Positions 44,901-54,672 of a DNA stretch of 64,000 nt are shown here, in pieces (positions within the stretch are counted from its first letter, which is position 1; each line of letters starts with the position of its first letter). Position numbers and translations under genes: made by a program. The stretch is from an uncultured virus (IMG/VR IMGVR_UViG_3300032320_000771). Taxonomy: Duplodnaviria > Heunggongvirae > Uroviricota > Caudoviricetes. The stretch is taken from the IMG/VR virus record IMGVR_UViG_3300032320_000771. One strand, given 5' to 3'. The notes under the pieces are model-generated. The model saw nothing but the letters and a program-made list of their open reading frames with translations. It was not told where the DNA came from and did not search any database.

Positions 44901-47448
44901 AATCAGGATACTTAGCAAATGTTGCTAAGTTTTCTTTTTCAATTTCTTTTAGTTTTTTATATTGTTTAAATTTTTCAAACTCAAAATTGTTTTCATCAGG
45001 AACATAGTATATAGACTTATCTGCATTAAATCCTTTTGGTTTATTAGGATCTGCAACAACTTCATAATTTAAATCCGGATATATATCAAAACCACTTAGA
45101 GGCCAATTATTATCTGGACTAAGTATGCGTAATGTTTTTTGTTTTGAAATTAACAACGGCTCTCTATTTGCCTTATCTATTTCTTTTAGCGTAAGATCAT
45201 TTGGCCACCAAGGATATTCTTCTTGTTCTTCAGTTGGTACTGTTTTATTACCCTTCACATAAAATTCTGCTTTTTCTCTATAAGCTTTTGATTTACATCT
45301 TCCTTCTTGTGCATCATAAAAATAACCCTCTGGACAAGTTGTATTTTTTCTTATACATCTTTTTGTTTTTTCATCATATGTAAATCCTTCTGGGCATTGT
45401 GGACCACCATCAACAAATTTAGACAACCCACCATTTCTAAATCTAATAGGCTCATTACCAAATAACTGTGTACCTCTCTTGTCTGTGTACATTTGAGGCA
45501 TTTTTATTTTTTGACATCTACATTTTTCACATGGTCTCTCATAACCTTCTGGACAATCTCCTCTTCCTATTACTGTACCATTAGGATTCAATTGAATCTG
45601 TGGTGGATTAATTTGATTGTCAGTTTCTGTAGGAGTATCTTCATATGACATATCTCCTGTATACTCTTCATCATACTCTTGATCATTTGCATAATCTTCA
45701 TATGTCTTTTTTCTTTTAATGCTAGGTAGATTTAGATCTTTTAATTTATCTATAGCACCTTCAATTGGAACAGCATATCTTATATTACCATATGGTTTTG
45801 GTGTTATTGGTATACTATTATTAGCACCTTCTTTTCTACCACCATAAATATTTTTTATACCAGCGGTAACTGAAGCAACACCAGAAAGAGGACCAGATGT
45901 AGCTTTAAATGGTTTTAGTTGAAATGTTGCTTCAGGACTTAAAAGAGAAATATTATACATGTCAGCTCGGTCAGATTTATTTCCTAAAAACTCATCAGCT
46001 GTTGTTGTACCTTGTTGTATATCTTGAGCATATAGATCTAATATTTTTTGTGTTTGTTCATCATTATATTCAGGGCGTTGCCTTATTATAGCATTAAGGA
46101 TATTTAATTTAGGTATAAAAGCCATATCCCCTTGTCTTGTTAAGCCCTTATCAAAATATCTATTAGGTCTTATTGTTGCATTGTTTTTTCTTTTACCAAA
46201 AACACCCATTATACTTGTATCAAATGAACCATATAAACCTGGCTCTGGTGCGTATCCTGCATTAAAACCTAATGATCCTGTAAATGGACCACTACTGCTA
46301 TCCCCAAAAGCATTACCATAGATATCATAGCCAACATTTGCAGTAAGAGGAATACCCTTCTTATAAATTTGTTTAGCTCCTTCTAAATTTTTTGCCGCAT
46401 TATATTGATTAACTTGCGTTGTAGATAATTGTGACAGAGGTGTATTTGTATAATCAGATACATCCTGCAGGAATGCATCATATTGTGGATTAGGGCCAGC
46501 CATTGCTGGATCATTATAAGGTAAGCTATACTCCCCCATAAAACTTCTAGTTGGATTTGTCAGACTTTGAGCATCTGTTTTATATGGTCGTCCTATTGTA
46601 AAAGTTAATGGGTTACCAGAAACATCCATTTTCTTAAATAGATCTGGTGTTGTATAAGATAAACTATAATTTGGATTTACATTAAAATCAGCAACTTGTC
46701 CATATGCCGTTCTAAAATCAAATGGTGTAAATGTTAAAGCTCTATCTTTTCCTAATCCTGTTAAACCATATGAAGCTTTTGGTAAATCTTTTGTCTTTGC
46801 TCCACCATCCGCATAATACTTTGCATTAGGATCAAAGATTTTATTCTTTCTTGATTTAGACTTTTTAAATAATGGATTTTGAGCAAAGAATTTATTAGTT
46901 GCTTCAAAACTTCTAGAATATGCTTTTGAATTTTTTTTACTAGGAATCTCTGGTCTTTTAGAAGAGCCTCCTTTTTTAAATTTATCTGGAGTTTCTAGAT
47001 CATCAATATTATGATTGTAATAGTTAGAAGTTAATTCTTCTCCAGGGTTTATATTTCTTTTGGCTAATAAAAGTATATGATCATTATTATCTACTTCTTG
47101 TATGTTTGGACTTTCACTATGATTGTAATAACCTCCTAATTGTGTAGACGGGAATGGTGCTTGATACTGTTGCCCGTTTTTTGTAAAATTTTTTCTAATG
47201 TGGGAAACACCGATAACATCTCCTTTAGCAATTGGCTCTTGACTAAACACACCTTTACCATGTATTTTAGATGGACCAATTTGTATAGACTTATAAACAG
47301 GAGCATTTACTCCATTCTCACCAGTTATAACATTATCTTTTTTCTTTTGCGTAGATGAGTTGTTTGTATAATCTTTATTATACTTAGGTTGCTTCTTAGA
47401 CTTATTTAAATTCCTAATTGCGTCAATTATTACTTTTTTATTGTACAT
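41965..47448 (-). CDS. modular putative cargo protein (1827 aa) with N-terminal SET methyltransferase domain, CPxG Cys minidomains and a DUF6973/SAA-like module
   Basis: SET motifs SKIHGKGVF, YYNHSESPN and INPGEELTSNY (~47017-47289); DNFRH...HE...EDIYNNNEG module (~43650-43840). Confidence 0.8.
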   Translation of the reverse strand: MYNKKVIIDAIRNLNKSKKQPKYNKDYTNNSSTQKKKDNVITGENGVNAPVYKSIQIGPSKIHGKGVFSQEPIAKGDVIGVSHIRKNFTKNGQQYQAPFPSTQLGGYYNHSESPNIQEVDNNDHILLLAKRNINPGEELTSNYYNHNIDDLETPDKFKKGGSSKRPEIPSKKNSKAYSRSFEATNKFFAQNPLFKKSKSRKNKIFDPNAKYYADGGAKTKDLPKASYGLTGLGKDRALTFTPFDFRTAYGQVADFNVNPNYSLSYTTPDLFKKMDVSGNPLTFTIGRPYKTDAQSLTNPTRSFMGEYSLPYNDPAMAGPNPQYDAFLQDVSDYTNTPLSQLSTTQVNQYNAAKNLEGAKQIYKKGIPLTANVGYDIYGNAFGDSSSGPFTGSLGFNAGYAPEPGLYGSFDTSIMGVFGKRKNNATIRPNRYFDKGLTRQGDMAFIPKLNILNAIIRQRPEYNDEQTQKILDLYAQDIQQGTTTADEFLGNKSDRADMYNISLLSPEATFQLKPFKATSGPLSGVASVTAGIKNIYGGRKEGANNSIPITPKPYGNIRYAVPIEGAIDKLKDLNLPSIKRKKTYEDYANDQEYDEEYTGDMSYEDTPTETDNQINPPQIQLNPNGTVIGRGDCPEGYERPCEKCRCQKIKMPQMYTDKRGTQLFGNEPIRFRNGGLSKFVDGGPQCPEGFTYDEKTKRCIRKNTTCPEGYFYDAQEGRCKSKAYREKAEFYVKGNKTVPTEEQEEYPWWPNDLTLKEIDKANREPLLISKQKTLRILSPDNNWPLSGFDIYPDLNYEVVADPNKPKGFNADKSIYYVPDENNFEFEKFKQYKKLKEIEKENLATFAKYPDLKIEEELDGNWNDEYLNPEYNYYSDINNNAVLPTFDEYKNAKREEEEECPDCTYGHGEKISRQDDYNLIEKNLGSVYKGFYDMPDHETRFEREYDYIDLPDEYMIPKLDLATPSEDAPLYLQPEYQMSVPTIEGKKPIQKIKRFITGDKGVIDRKGHIKFGDKDVNRPVPALVQRLTGYNPDYMEGYENEDGEYIPGEIERAEQEGRKINFKGASSLRDLKNQKEYERQWSEYQKQKDEVRQQNEAYLQEYGITPEEYTSVYGNFKDGGERKKRKTRWKNVTDESFPQTTRTPIDSEYLEEYPDFQPYMLNMPEVALRPRKQPTFLRRTEDTVNEWLGNPMDRAAREAAQRGGKEDPVDNFRHPMAGYYTAQKIGPLGANALGILHEISTLSDPRDTRPWYNKLRESAEDIYNNNEGASLSFLPESWAKSIIGFESDNNLLPDGVSNPRGKNMYFKEDGGDIQLKLTQKEIDKYVKGGYIVEDISVPSLSNKTDIPKARFGRITKEKKVPKEPVKVDPVQDMITKISGENLGQLMDKENYDVINTLKDKEIISQTLNPMTLMTYPNLLDLATRRGIQDALTFMRSTEAKDYGISTSGTKTDLAPRDLDAIVKYDLENDKVGQALYAATHVPNIRYGQRSGLSSLPYETEYVNVFRYGEGPTDYVVANDQMTAAERVKLKTGKYPSYLKQDYLKQGTPDSLDALYTFANRNTPYVKAIKKGNFGDLYGPYKSIVRYPFDYSGSASDMLQRFVDLENYTSDNSKTVDKTSGKEGAKSGDIITDSLIDKNSRGTFYSLQGPETAVIGNPGQKVFDPVATYYKPGHLELEAEKENVYNLLENNTNEEIIDYVNDKIKKGEFSDPQTNINLFKEDPEFAQIKSSDDYRPSVYINYWVDPKTGLVNKNLDKETAARYAAQSYLGYLEQIKEPMVGKNTSDVIKIPYSPFRFKFEDGGEYQLGDEVDEATMQKLKENGYTFEIVK

Positions 47449-50400
47449 TACCTAAATGAATTTAAAGTTTTGTAGTTGCTGAATTTTAATATCATGTTTA
47501 TGTCATTACATTGATTTCTCTTTAAATTTAGGAAATTTAAGTAATGTCTGAATTTTTTTCTTTGTAATTCAGATTTATTATAATCCATATTGTTTGGATT
47601 AAGTACTCTTGTATAACCATCAGGTCCGGTAATCCAAGTGTTTTCGGATGCATAGTTACCTTGAAGAATAGTTGTTCCTGGAATTAATGGACCAGTAGGT
47701 GGATAGTCAGAATTAATTGGGAACTCATCTCTATCTCTTGTTATATCCCAGAACTGATTGAATCTATACTTCTGCTCTTCTTTAGCAAATAAGATATCGT
47801 AAGAAGCTAGATTAGCTCCTAGCTTAGGATACTGTAAAGACAATACAACATCATTCTTAGGATACAAGTTTAAATTTAAATATCCAGAAACTTGTTCTGT
47901 ATTATATACAACAGCTGTATCAAAATTGTAATCTAATACATGATGTTGATCTATACAACTTCCTGAGTTTCTTCTATAACATTCTAATGCATATTCTACA
48001 GATCTAGTAGTCATTACTGCTTGACCAGTTACAATTGGAAATTCAATCTCCCAACCAAACTGCTGTCCATAAAAGTTACAGAAGTTATCACAGATATAAT
48101 TGTGTTTCCAAAAACCATTATCCTTAGTACTTAAGAATATATCTTTTGTAGGAATTAATAAATCTGGATGCCAGTCATGGAAGCTAATCCAAAATTTAGA
48201 TTTAGGATCAAAGCTTAATGTCCATGATGCATCATCAAATAAGAATGGGTCTCCTAATAAGAAATTTAAATTTTGATTATTATCTAAAATAAAACTATCA
48301 CCAGTACCGTCAGGATTTAATGGAATATATTCTACTCTTCCTTTATATAACTCTTTTAACTTATAATCTTTTTTGGCAAAGTATAAAATGTTACTTGAGC
48401 TGTCATATGTTGATTGACATCCAATTCCTGCTACAGGATTATCTTGCCAAGGATAACTAGGAAAATCATCTGTTAATTGATATGGCATGTATAAAATAAA
48501 CCACCACTTTAATCCTGCTTGAGATATTTCTTCTAGCCCTTGACCAAATGTAAATACCCGCCCTTGGTTTTGAGACATGTAGTATATCCCTACTGGTGTA
48601 GATATTACTGATAATCTATTTTGTGAAGAACCATACTCATAAGCTTTATCTGCATTTGATACAGATTGTTGAGGCTGTGAAAATAATCCACCATCTCCAA
48701 TAGTAATCTTAGTATTTAAATCTGTCTCAAGTGTATCTACACCTTGATACATTAATGGACTATCATTTTTAAATGTAATAAATATACCACTCTTATTAAC
48801 TGATTTAACTCCAGAGATTTGACCTTTAAATTCTTTATAATTATTTACAAGGTATATTACCCAACTATCTTTTATTGCTTCATCTTGTTGAGGAAGAGAA
48901 TAAATTATCCTATCCGGATAATATGTGTAGCATAACTTAGATACATTAGGATCATAGTATCTTGACTGAATACTACCTGCTGAAAAATATTGATTGTAAA
49001 GTTTTGATACACTTAATGAATAGTCATATATGTACTCACTTAACTTACCCATTATTGCTGGGTTCATGTCAAACATAGCAATGTAATCTGTGTACCTATA
49101 TGGGTCATAGTGTTTACCACCTTCTGCTATACTTTGTTTTCTAAAATCTACAAGAACATCAGACTCCACAAAGAAGTCTCTTATACCAGAATTAGCTAAA
49201 TAGAAATATGCATTTCTTACAGAGAACAATCCTTCATATTTATCACCTAAGACATTACCTTCTTCAACATCTGTTGCATAGTTATAAAATCTATTACTAC
49301 TAACATAATAGTCCATATTATAAAATGCATTTGGCACAGGTCCTGTACCAGGAACAGAAGGTCCTGAAAAGTTAATTAGTTCTGATAAATAACCAACGTC
49401 ATAATTTATACTATTTACTTTGAACCTTGCATTAGGAATCATTGAATATAAATAGTAGTTATACTCAAAACCATCTGGCTGATCATATAACCAATTATAA
49501 AAGAACATCATGTTGTTCTTCTCTGTGTATCTGTTTATATATGTGTCTCCTCCAAAAATAACTGGTGTACGGATTATAGTTTTAAACTCATATGTTTTTT
49601 GATCTAATGGACAAGTCCAAGGAACTGGAGGAAGATTATAATCAGATAATCTTTGTTCACATGAAGTTATTGCAATTTGATATTCACTCCCTAATTGACC
49701 ATATTGATTTCTAATTCTATATTTCATTGCACCATAATGACTTGCAATAGGTAAACTAAAAGAAGTATCAAAATTGTCAAAGGTTGGTAAGTTTGAACTT
49801 ATAAAAGCTGGGTTTGAACTATTTTGTACAACAGTCCCCAGTGTTACCAAAGATTTATCAGTAAGACCTGTTGTAATTAAATTAGGTCCAATACTTACTC
49901 CATCTGGATATGCTAAATTATAATATGGACCGGATTTAGTACGTACTGTTATGGTATCAGATCTTTTTAAATTATTAATTACATAACTAAAATACTGACC
50001 AAGTTGGTTTTGGTATTTAGGTACATTCTGTACATTATCTCTTATATAAAAATTATCCTCAATAGAAAACCTTTTTAAATTAGCTTGATTAATTTGTACC
50101 ATGTTGCCATAGTAACCATGAGCTACTGATTGAAGTGCATATTGTCTATATGGTGTTATAGCATAGAAGATTCTTAATGTAGCTTCTGCACCTTCAGAAA
50201 AATAATATGCAATTTGATTAAGTCCACCAAGTGCTCTTGTAGCAGGATCTAAATATGCATAGCTTGGTAGTTCTACCAAACCTTGTTGAACTATGGGTAG
50301 TATACCAGTAGCACCACTTGTAGAATTAATAGCTGACATAAATACATCTTGTGCTTGTGCATAAGAGGTATTAGAATAACCACCAGATAAAGGACCAGAA

Positions 50401-52958
50401 CCTGGAATTGGATTAATCATAATTAATGCATCAAGAAGAGCATTACCACTTGTATAGTAATTATCTAAAAAGGATTGATATACAGCTACTGGTGATGTAT
50501 TTGGAATTGGTGGAATAGATGTTGTTAATGCAGAAAGAGCTGTAAGCTGTAATGGATCAGTATTTCCTGCTGCTAGTCTTTGCAAAATTGCATTTAGATC
50601 TGGTTGATATATTGTTCTCTTACCAACTAATGAAACAATTGCTTCAGCTATTCCAACAATAACCATAGCAGCTACTACAACATCACTTAACAATTTCCAT
50701 TTTGGATGATCACTTGGATTTTGAAAGTTTAAATCTGCATATCCATTTAATGTACCATAGAGTTTAAATTCTGATGTAGATAGATACGGAGTTCTAAACA
50801 TAGTATCTGGTGAATGAAAAGTAAACACATCAGTAGGTATATTCTGATTATAAAGAACACTTACTGGTGGAATTACTTCTTCATTTTTAATATAAGGATC
50901 ATTATATAAATAATTATGATCAGTTATATTTGGAGATGATCCAATTGGTATTATAGTATTAAATGGATAGTTAGGATATAGTCCAGTTTTATTCTGTGCA
51001 AGTGCTGTTTTATTTTCGTAACTTCTAAAGTTATTGACCATCCCTTTGGCAATAATTGTTTTGTTACCTTCTCTAGATCCTCTTAAAATTTCATAACCAA
51101 CAATACCAGGAATATCATTACCATCTTGATCTTTTGGTAGTATAATATTTTCAAAGAACACACCCATGATTCTTATGTAGTACTCATCTCCTGAGTTAGT
51201 GTTATTTGTATTTGGTCTAAAGTGTAATGCATTTGTTGATGCATTATTATTAATAAAGTTCTCTGGAAATTTATGATGTCTAATATATTTACCACAAAGA
51301 TCAAAAGCACCTTCTATTTGTCCTGGTTGGATTTGTGCAGCAGGACCAGTCCAACAGTATTCACTTGAATTCCATATGTCAGGTCTATTATTTGGATATG
51401 TTTCTTCTGATTCCCAATAACCCATTTCTCCAGAACCAAGCAAAACACCACCATCAGATAATACCCATTGGCCTGATGAATTTAAAGTTGCATCAGGAAG
51501 TGCTGCTGGATTTAATAATTGAGTTGCTGTATTATATACTTCAAATACTTTATCATCTGTTGCTAATGCATTTTGATCATGTGTAACAAGAAAGTTACCA
51601 TTCTCTGGCATTATTGTACCACCAGGTACTTGAAAGTTTTTAGGAGCTCTTCCAGGAATATGATAGGAAGCAGATTTGTCTCCGGTATTATATACCCATC
51701 TAATATAAAATGTATATACTTCATCTCTAAGATAATTTGTTTTGCTTCCGCCTTTTACATAATAATCTGCAGGATATTCTACACTTGCCCATCTTGCTCT
51801 AATCATATTAGCAAGTGGTTGATAGTTAAAATCAAATTTAGATCTAGGACCAACTCTTAATAAATAATTATTTACATCTGTCATTTGATCAGATGTTTCA
51901 TATACTGGAGTTGTAATAGGTAATTGCTCTAATGGAATTTTTACAAGACTAGGATTAATTAAGTCTATTTCTATTGTTGAAGTCTTAGTGGAATAAAAGC
52001 CCATTTGGTAAGCTACTGTTTGTTGGTTAACAGTTGCTACAATCACTAAAACAAATTCATCAAAATTTTGTGAGTCAGCATCAACACTAAGAGTTAAAGA
52101 TCCTTCTATATCTCTTACGTTAAAAATAAATTGATTATTACTTTGAGAAAAGAAATCAGTTACCCTTTGTCCTTTTATTGTATAAGCTATTAATGCAAAG
52201 TAAGTTCCATTAGATAATGTCCCGCCAGATTGACCTAGTGTTAAATTAAGACACGGTGTTTCCATTAGTCTTGCCAGTCTTGTTTGAGGGCAGTCTAATC
52301 TATTTATTTGATTACAAAATACACAAGGTACAGCTGGAGTACACTTCTCTTCCCACTGAACTCCTGGCCAAAGAAATGTTGTATCAACACCATTAGAATA
52401 GTAATTCATTGTTGATGCTGGACCACCTAACCATGTATAGTCAGGAGTTGGCCAAGTCTTAGGATCTCCTATATTTAAAAATCTATCTGGATTAAATCCA
52501 TCTGCCCAATATACTTGCCATGAACAATCTTCTTTCTCTCTAGAAGCTCCTGATATAAGATATCTTTTATCAAAGTTTAAACAAGAGTCTTGAACAATCT
52601 CTCTATATCTACAAGTGTCTTCTTCTAATAATCCGATTTCTGATGTTATTCTTTTACCAAGGTTATCATGGCCTGCAGTAAAGACTACCCACTTATCAGA
52701 ATATAAATATATAGCACCAATAATATATTTTTTAGTGACAGTTATAGGCATTGATGCGCCTGTCACAGAACATAAAAAATTAGATGTCTCATTTGATAAT
52801 GTTCCTATGTCACCTTCAATTGTATTGTTTACAGCATTTACTGCATGCGTCCACATACCTTCTGACACAAATGAAGGGTCAGAGTCTTTATTTAAACCTT
52901 TAATAAAAGAGCTTGTAGTAACCTTACCAGTTTCTTGTAAACCTTGCTTCTTTGCCAT
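47448..52958 (-). CDS. tail muzzle / tail stabilisation protein (crAss-like, P22 gp10-related), 1836 aa
   Basis: N-terminal KGLNKD..PS...W..A.N; YLRDEVY.FYI, IRHHKFP, FGGDTYI and W.SFHDWHP motifs typical of crAss-like muzzle proteins (recall); position after the ring/tubular genes. Confidence 0.75.
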   Translation of the reverse strand: MAKKQGLQETGKVTTSSFIKGLNKDSDPSFVSEGMWTHAVNAVNNTIEGDIGTLSNETSNFLCSVTGASMPITVTKKYIIGAIYLYSDKWVVFTAGHDNLGKRITSEIGLLEEDTCRYREIVQDSCLNFDKRYLISGASREKEDCSWQVYWADGFNPDRFLNIGDPKTWPTPDYTWLGGPASTMNYYSNGVDTTFLWPGVQWEEKCTPAVPCVFCNQINRLDCPQTRLARLMETPCLNLTLGQSGGTLSNGTYFALIAYTIKGQRVTDFFSQSNNQFIFNVRDIEGSLTLSVDADSQNFDEFVLVIVATVNQQTVAYQMGFYSTKTSTIEIDLINPSLVKIPLEQLPITTPVYETSDQMTDVNNYLLRVGPRSKFDFNYQPLANMIRARWASVEYPADYYVKGGSKTNYLRDEVYTFYIRWVYNTGDKSASYHIPGRAPKNFQVPGGTIMPENGNFLVTHDQNALATDDKVFEVYNTATQLLNPAALPDATLNSSGQWVLSDGGVLLGSGEMGYWESEETYPNNRPDIWNSSEYCWTGPAAQIQPGQIEGAFDLCGKYIRHHKFPENFINNNASTNALHFRPNTNNTNSGDEYYIRIMGVFFENIILPKDQDGNDIPGIVGYEILRGSREGNKTIIAKGMVNNFRSYENKTALAQNKTGLYPNYPFNTIIPIGSSPNITDHNYLYNDPYIKNEEVIPPVSVLYNQNIPTDVFTFHSPDTMFRTPYLSTSEFKLYGTLNGYADLNFQNPSDHPKWKLLSDVVVAAMVIVGIAEAIVSLVGKRTIYQPDLNAILQRLAAGNTDPLQLTALSALTTSIPPIPNTSPVAVYQSFLDNYYTSGNALLDALIMINPIPGSGPLSGGYSNTSYAQAQDVFMSAINSTSGATGILPIVQQGLVELPSYAYLDPATRALGGLNQIAYYFSEGAEATLRIFYAITPYRQYALQSVAHGYYGNMVQINQANLKRFSIEDNFYIRDNVQNVPKYQNQLGQYFSYVINNLKRSDTITVRTKSGPYYNLAYPDGVSIGPNLITTGLTDKSLVTLGTVVQNSSNPAFISSNLPTFDNFDTSFSLPIASHYGAMKYRIRNQYGQLGSEYQIAITSCEQRLSDYNLPPVPWTCPLDQKTYEFKTIIRTPVIFGGDTYINRYTEKNNMMFFYNWLYDQPDGFEYNYYLYSMIPNARFKVNSINYDVGYLSELINFSGPSVPGTGPVPNAFYNMDYYVSSNRFYNYATDVEEGNVLGDKYEGLFSVRNAYFYLANSGIRDFFVESDVLVDFRKQSIAEGGKHYDPYRYTDYIAMFDMNPAIMGKLSEYIYDYSLSVSKLYNQYFSAGSIQSRYYDPNVSKLCYTYYPDRIIYSLPQQDEAIKDSWVIYLVNNYKEFKGQISGVKSVNKSGIFITFKNDSPLMYQGVDTLETDLNTKITIGDGGLFSQPQQSVSNADKAYEYGSSQNRLSVISTPVGIYYMSQNQGRVFTFGQGLEEISQAGLKWWFILYMPYQLTDDFPSYPWQDNPVAGIGCQSTYDSSSNILYFAKKDYKLKELYKGRVEYIPLNPDGTGDSFILDNNQNLNFLLGDPFLFDDASWTLSFDPKSKFWISFHDWHPDLLIPTKDIFLSTKDNGFWKHNYICDNFCNFYGQQFGWEIEFPIVTGQAVMTTRSVEYALECYRRNSGSCIDQHHVLDYNFDTAVVYNTEQVSGYLNLNLYPKNDVVLSLQYPKLGANLASYDILFAKEEQKYRFNQFWDITRDRDEFPINSDYPPTGPLIPGTTILQGNYASENTWITGPDGYTRVLNPNNMDYNKSELQRKKFRHYLNFLNLKRNQCNDINMILKFSNYKTLNSFR

Positions 52959-52960
52959 AA

Positions 52961-54007
52961 CTATACAACTTGAATGCTTCTTGCGTTTCTGTAATAAGGA
53001 TTGTTAGGTGAATAACTTTGGAACATTGTATAATATTTACCATACATTGCTTTTCTATTTGTCCACCACATTTTTTCCATCTCTCTAAAGTTTGGTGTAT
53101 TAACTAAACTAAGTGCTTGATTTCTAGCTGCTTTAAGTCTTTGTTCTATTAATTGCATTCTTTGTGCTACATCTTCTCCGTTTAAATATAAGTTTTCAAA
53201 GATTCTTGACTTTAATGCATACTCATAGTATTCATTTAAAAGATCATGATCAGGTACCATTAAGTTTCCTTGATCATCTTCCATTTGACCTTGATAGTTT
53301 AAATATACTTTTCCAGTCTCAAATGTTGTAAATAAAAATCCTCCTTTAATCCATCCTTCATTGCGAGTATTGTAATAAAGATTTGGGCAGTCACATTCTA
53401 TTTCCTGACTAGCTTTCATTCTTAGTGGAATTAAGTCATTGTAGACTCTTGTAGTTCCTGTATTATTTATTACTTGAACTAACTCCCATTTCTCACCTTT
53501 ACAGTTCATGAATACTCTTGGTGCAATACAAGTATTGCCATAAGGGTTTAATGGATCATACTGTGTAGGTATAGGATCTACTATAGGGTGATTAAGATCA
53601 CATGCCGCTGTTTGATTACAAGGATGAGAATTACATGTTCTGCAGTTAACAGTTGGTGGAGCACATACATCTACAGTAGATGGTACTTCTTGATATGGTA
53701 CTTCTACTATTGTTGTTCCTCCTACAATTCCATCATACCCTACATGCTCAAGATAATGTCCACAAATAAATGCAAAATTAAATGTGTAAAAATCATCAGG
53801 CAGTTTTACTTTATTATGACATACTTCTAGTATAACTTCTTTTTGCTGATTGATTCTTAAACCTAAATCATAATTTATCTTTTTAGTAAGCTTGATAAGT
53901 TGTTGTGGTTCTATCAAGTTTTCTAAAGCAAAAGTATTTAAGTCTACGGTTACATCCTCTAAGAGTTGATCAAAGGTTCTGTATCTAAGTGTATAATTAA
54001 AATCCAT
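52961..54007 (-). CDS. tail ring/tubular (connector) protein with Cys-rich insertion (348 aa)
   Basis: V.LP.DF motif and G.VYLNY.G...D.G..MVPD C-terminal region typical of crAss tail tubular proteins; directly upstream of the muzzle gene. Confidence 0.6.
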   Translation of the reverse strand: MDFNYTLRYRTFDQLLEDVTVDLNTFALENLIEPQQLIKLTKKINYDLGLRINQQKEVILEVCHNKVKLPDDFYTFNFAFICGHYLEHVGYDGIVGGTTIVEVPYQEVPSTVDVCAPPTVNCRTCNSHPCNQTAACDLNHPIVDPIPTQYDPLNPYGNTCIAPRVFMNCKGEKWELVQVINNTGTTRVYNDLIPLRMKASQEIECDCPNLYYNTRNEGWIKGGFLFTTFETGKVYLNYQGQMEDDQGNLMVPDHDLLNEYYEYALKSRIFENLYLNGEDVAQRMQLIEQRLKAARNQALSLVNTPNFREMEKMWWTNRKAMYGKYYTMFQSYSPNNPYYRNARSIQVV

Positions 54008-54672
54008 TATCTAAGAGTGTTTTGACTATCATCAGCCCCATCAGATGGTACTTGCATAGTCATGGTTAATTCTTTAATTACAAATTGTTCTACTTCAGAA
54101 AACAAATATTCTGGAATATTTAATTGTTTATCCTGAGCTATTTCACACTGTTCATTCTCATTACAAGGATTTGTAACTTGATCAAATACTGCTTCTACTT
54201 TGATAGCCTCCCAATCAATGTTAGGCGAGTATAAGTATCCATTAAGATACCAGAAGTATCTTCTTGTGTTATATTTAAAAGTAGTTGTTTTAGTCATAGA
54301 AACCCAAGTACCTGGATCTGTTCTAAACATTTCTATAGTACCATCTATTGAAGACACTGTACGTATAATAGGTCCCATTGCACCATTAAGAATAGTTGGG
54401 AGTTTTTCTTTAGATCTTTTAAAATAACATCCAGAGAAAACTCCGTAACAACCAGCTTCTACTTTATCTACATCTATAAGTTCTACATACGGAAGAACTT
54501 GAAATATGGAACTAATCTTCATTAGCCTAAACTGATTATCTTCCCTCTTCATAAGAGTTTGACCATACTTTAGCAATGAGCTATAAATAACTCTATCAGT
54601 TAAAAACGGATCTTCCTTAACTGCTTTTAGAGTATTTCTAACTCTTGATATTGCTTCTCCAATAGTTGTCAT
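54007..54672 (-). CDS. putative tail ring protein (221 aa)
   Basis: Size, position and YFWYLNGYLY...KVEAVF motifs resemble crAss ring proteins; ATGA/TAATG coupling. Confidence 0.55.
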   Translation of the reverse strand: MTTIGEAISRVRNTLKAVKEDPFLTDRVIYSSLLKYGQTLMKREDNQFRLMKISSIFQVLPYVELIDVDKVEAGCYGVFSGCYFKRSKEKLPTILNGAMGPIIRTVSSIDGTIEMFRTDPGTWVSMTKTTTFKYNTRRYFWYLNGYLYSPNIDWEAIKVEAVFDQVTNPCNENEQCEIAQDKQLNIPEYLFSEVEQFVIKELTMTMQVPSDGADDSQNTLR

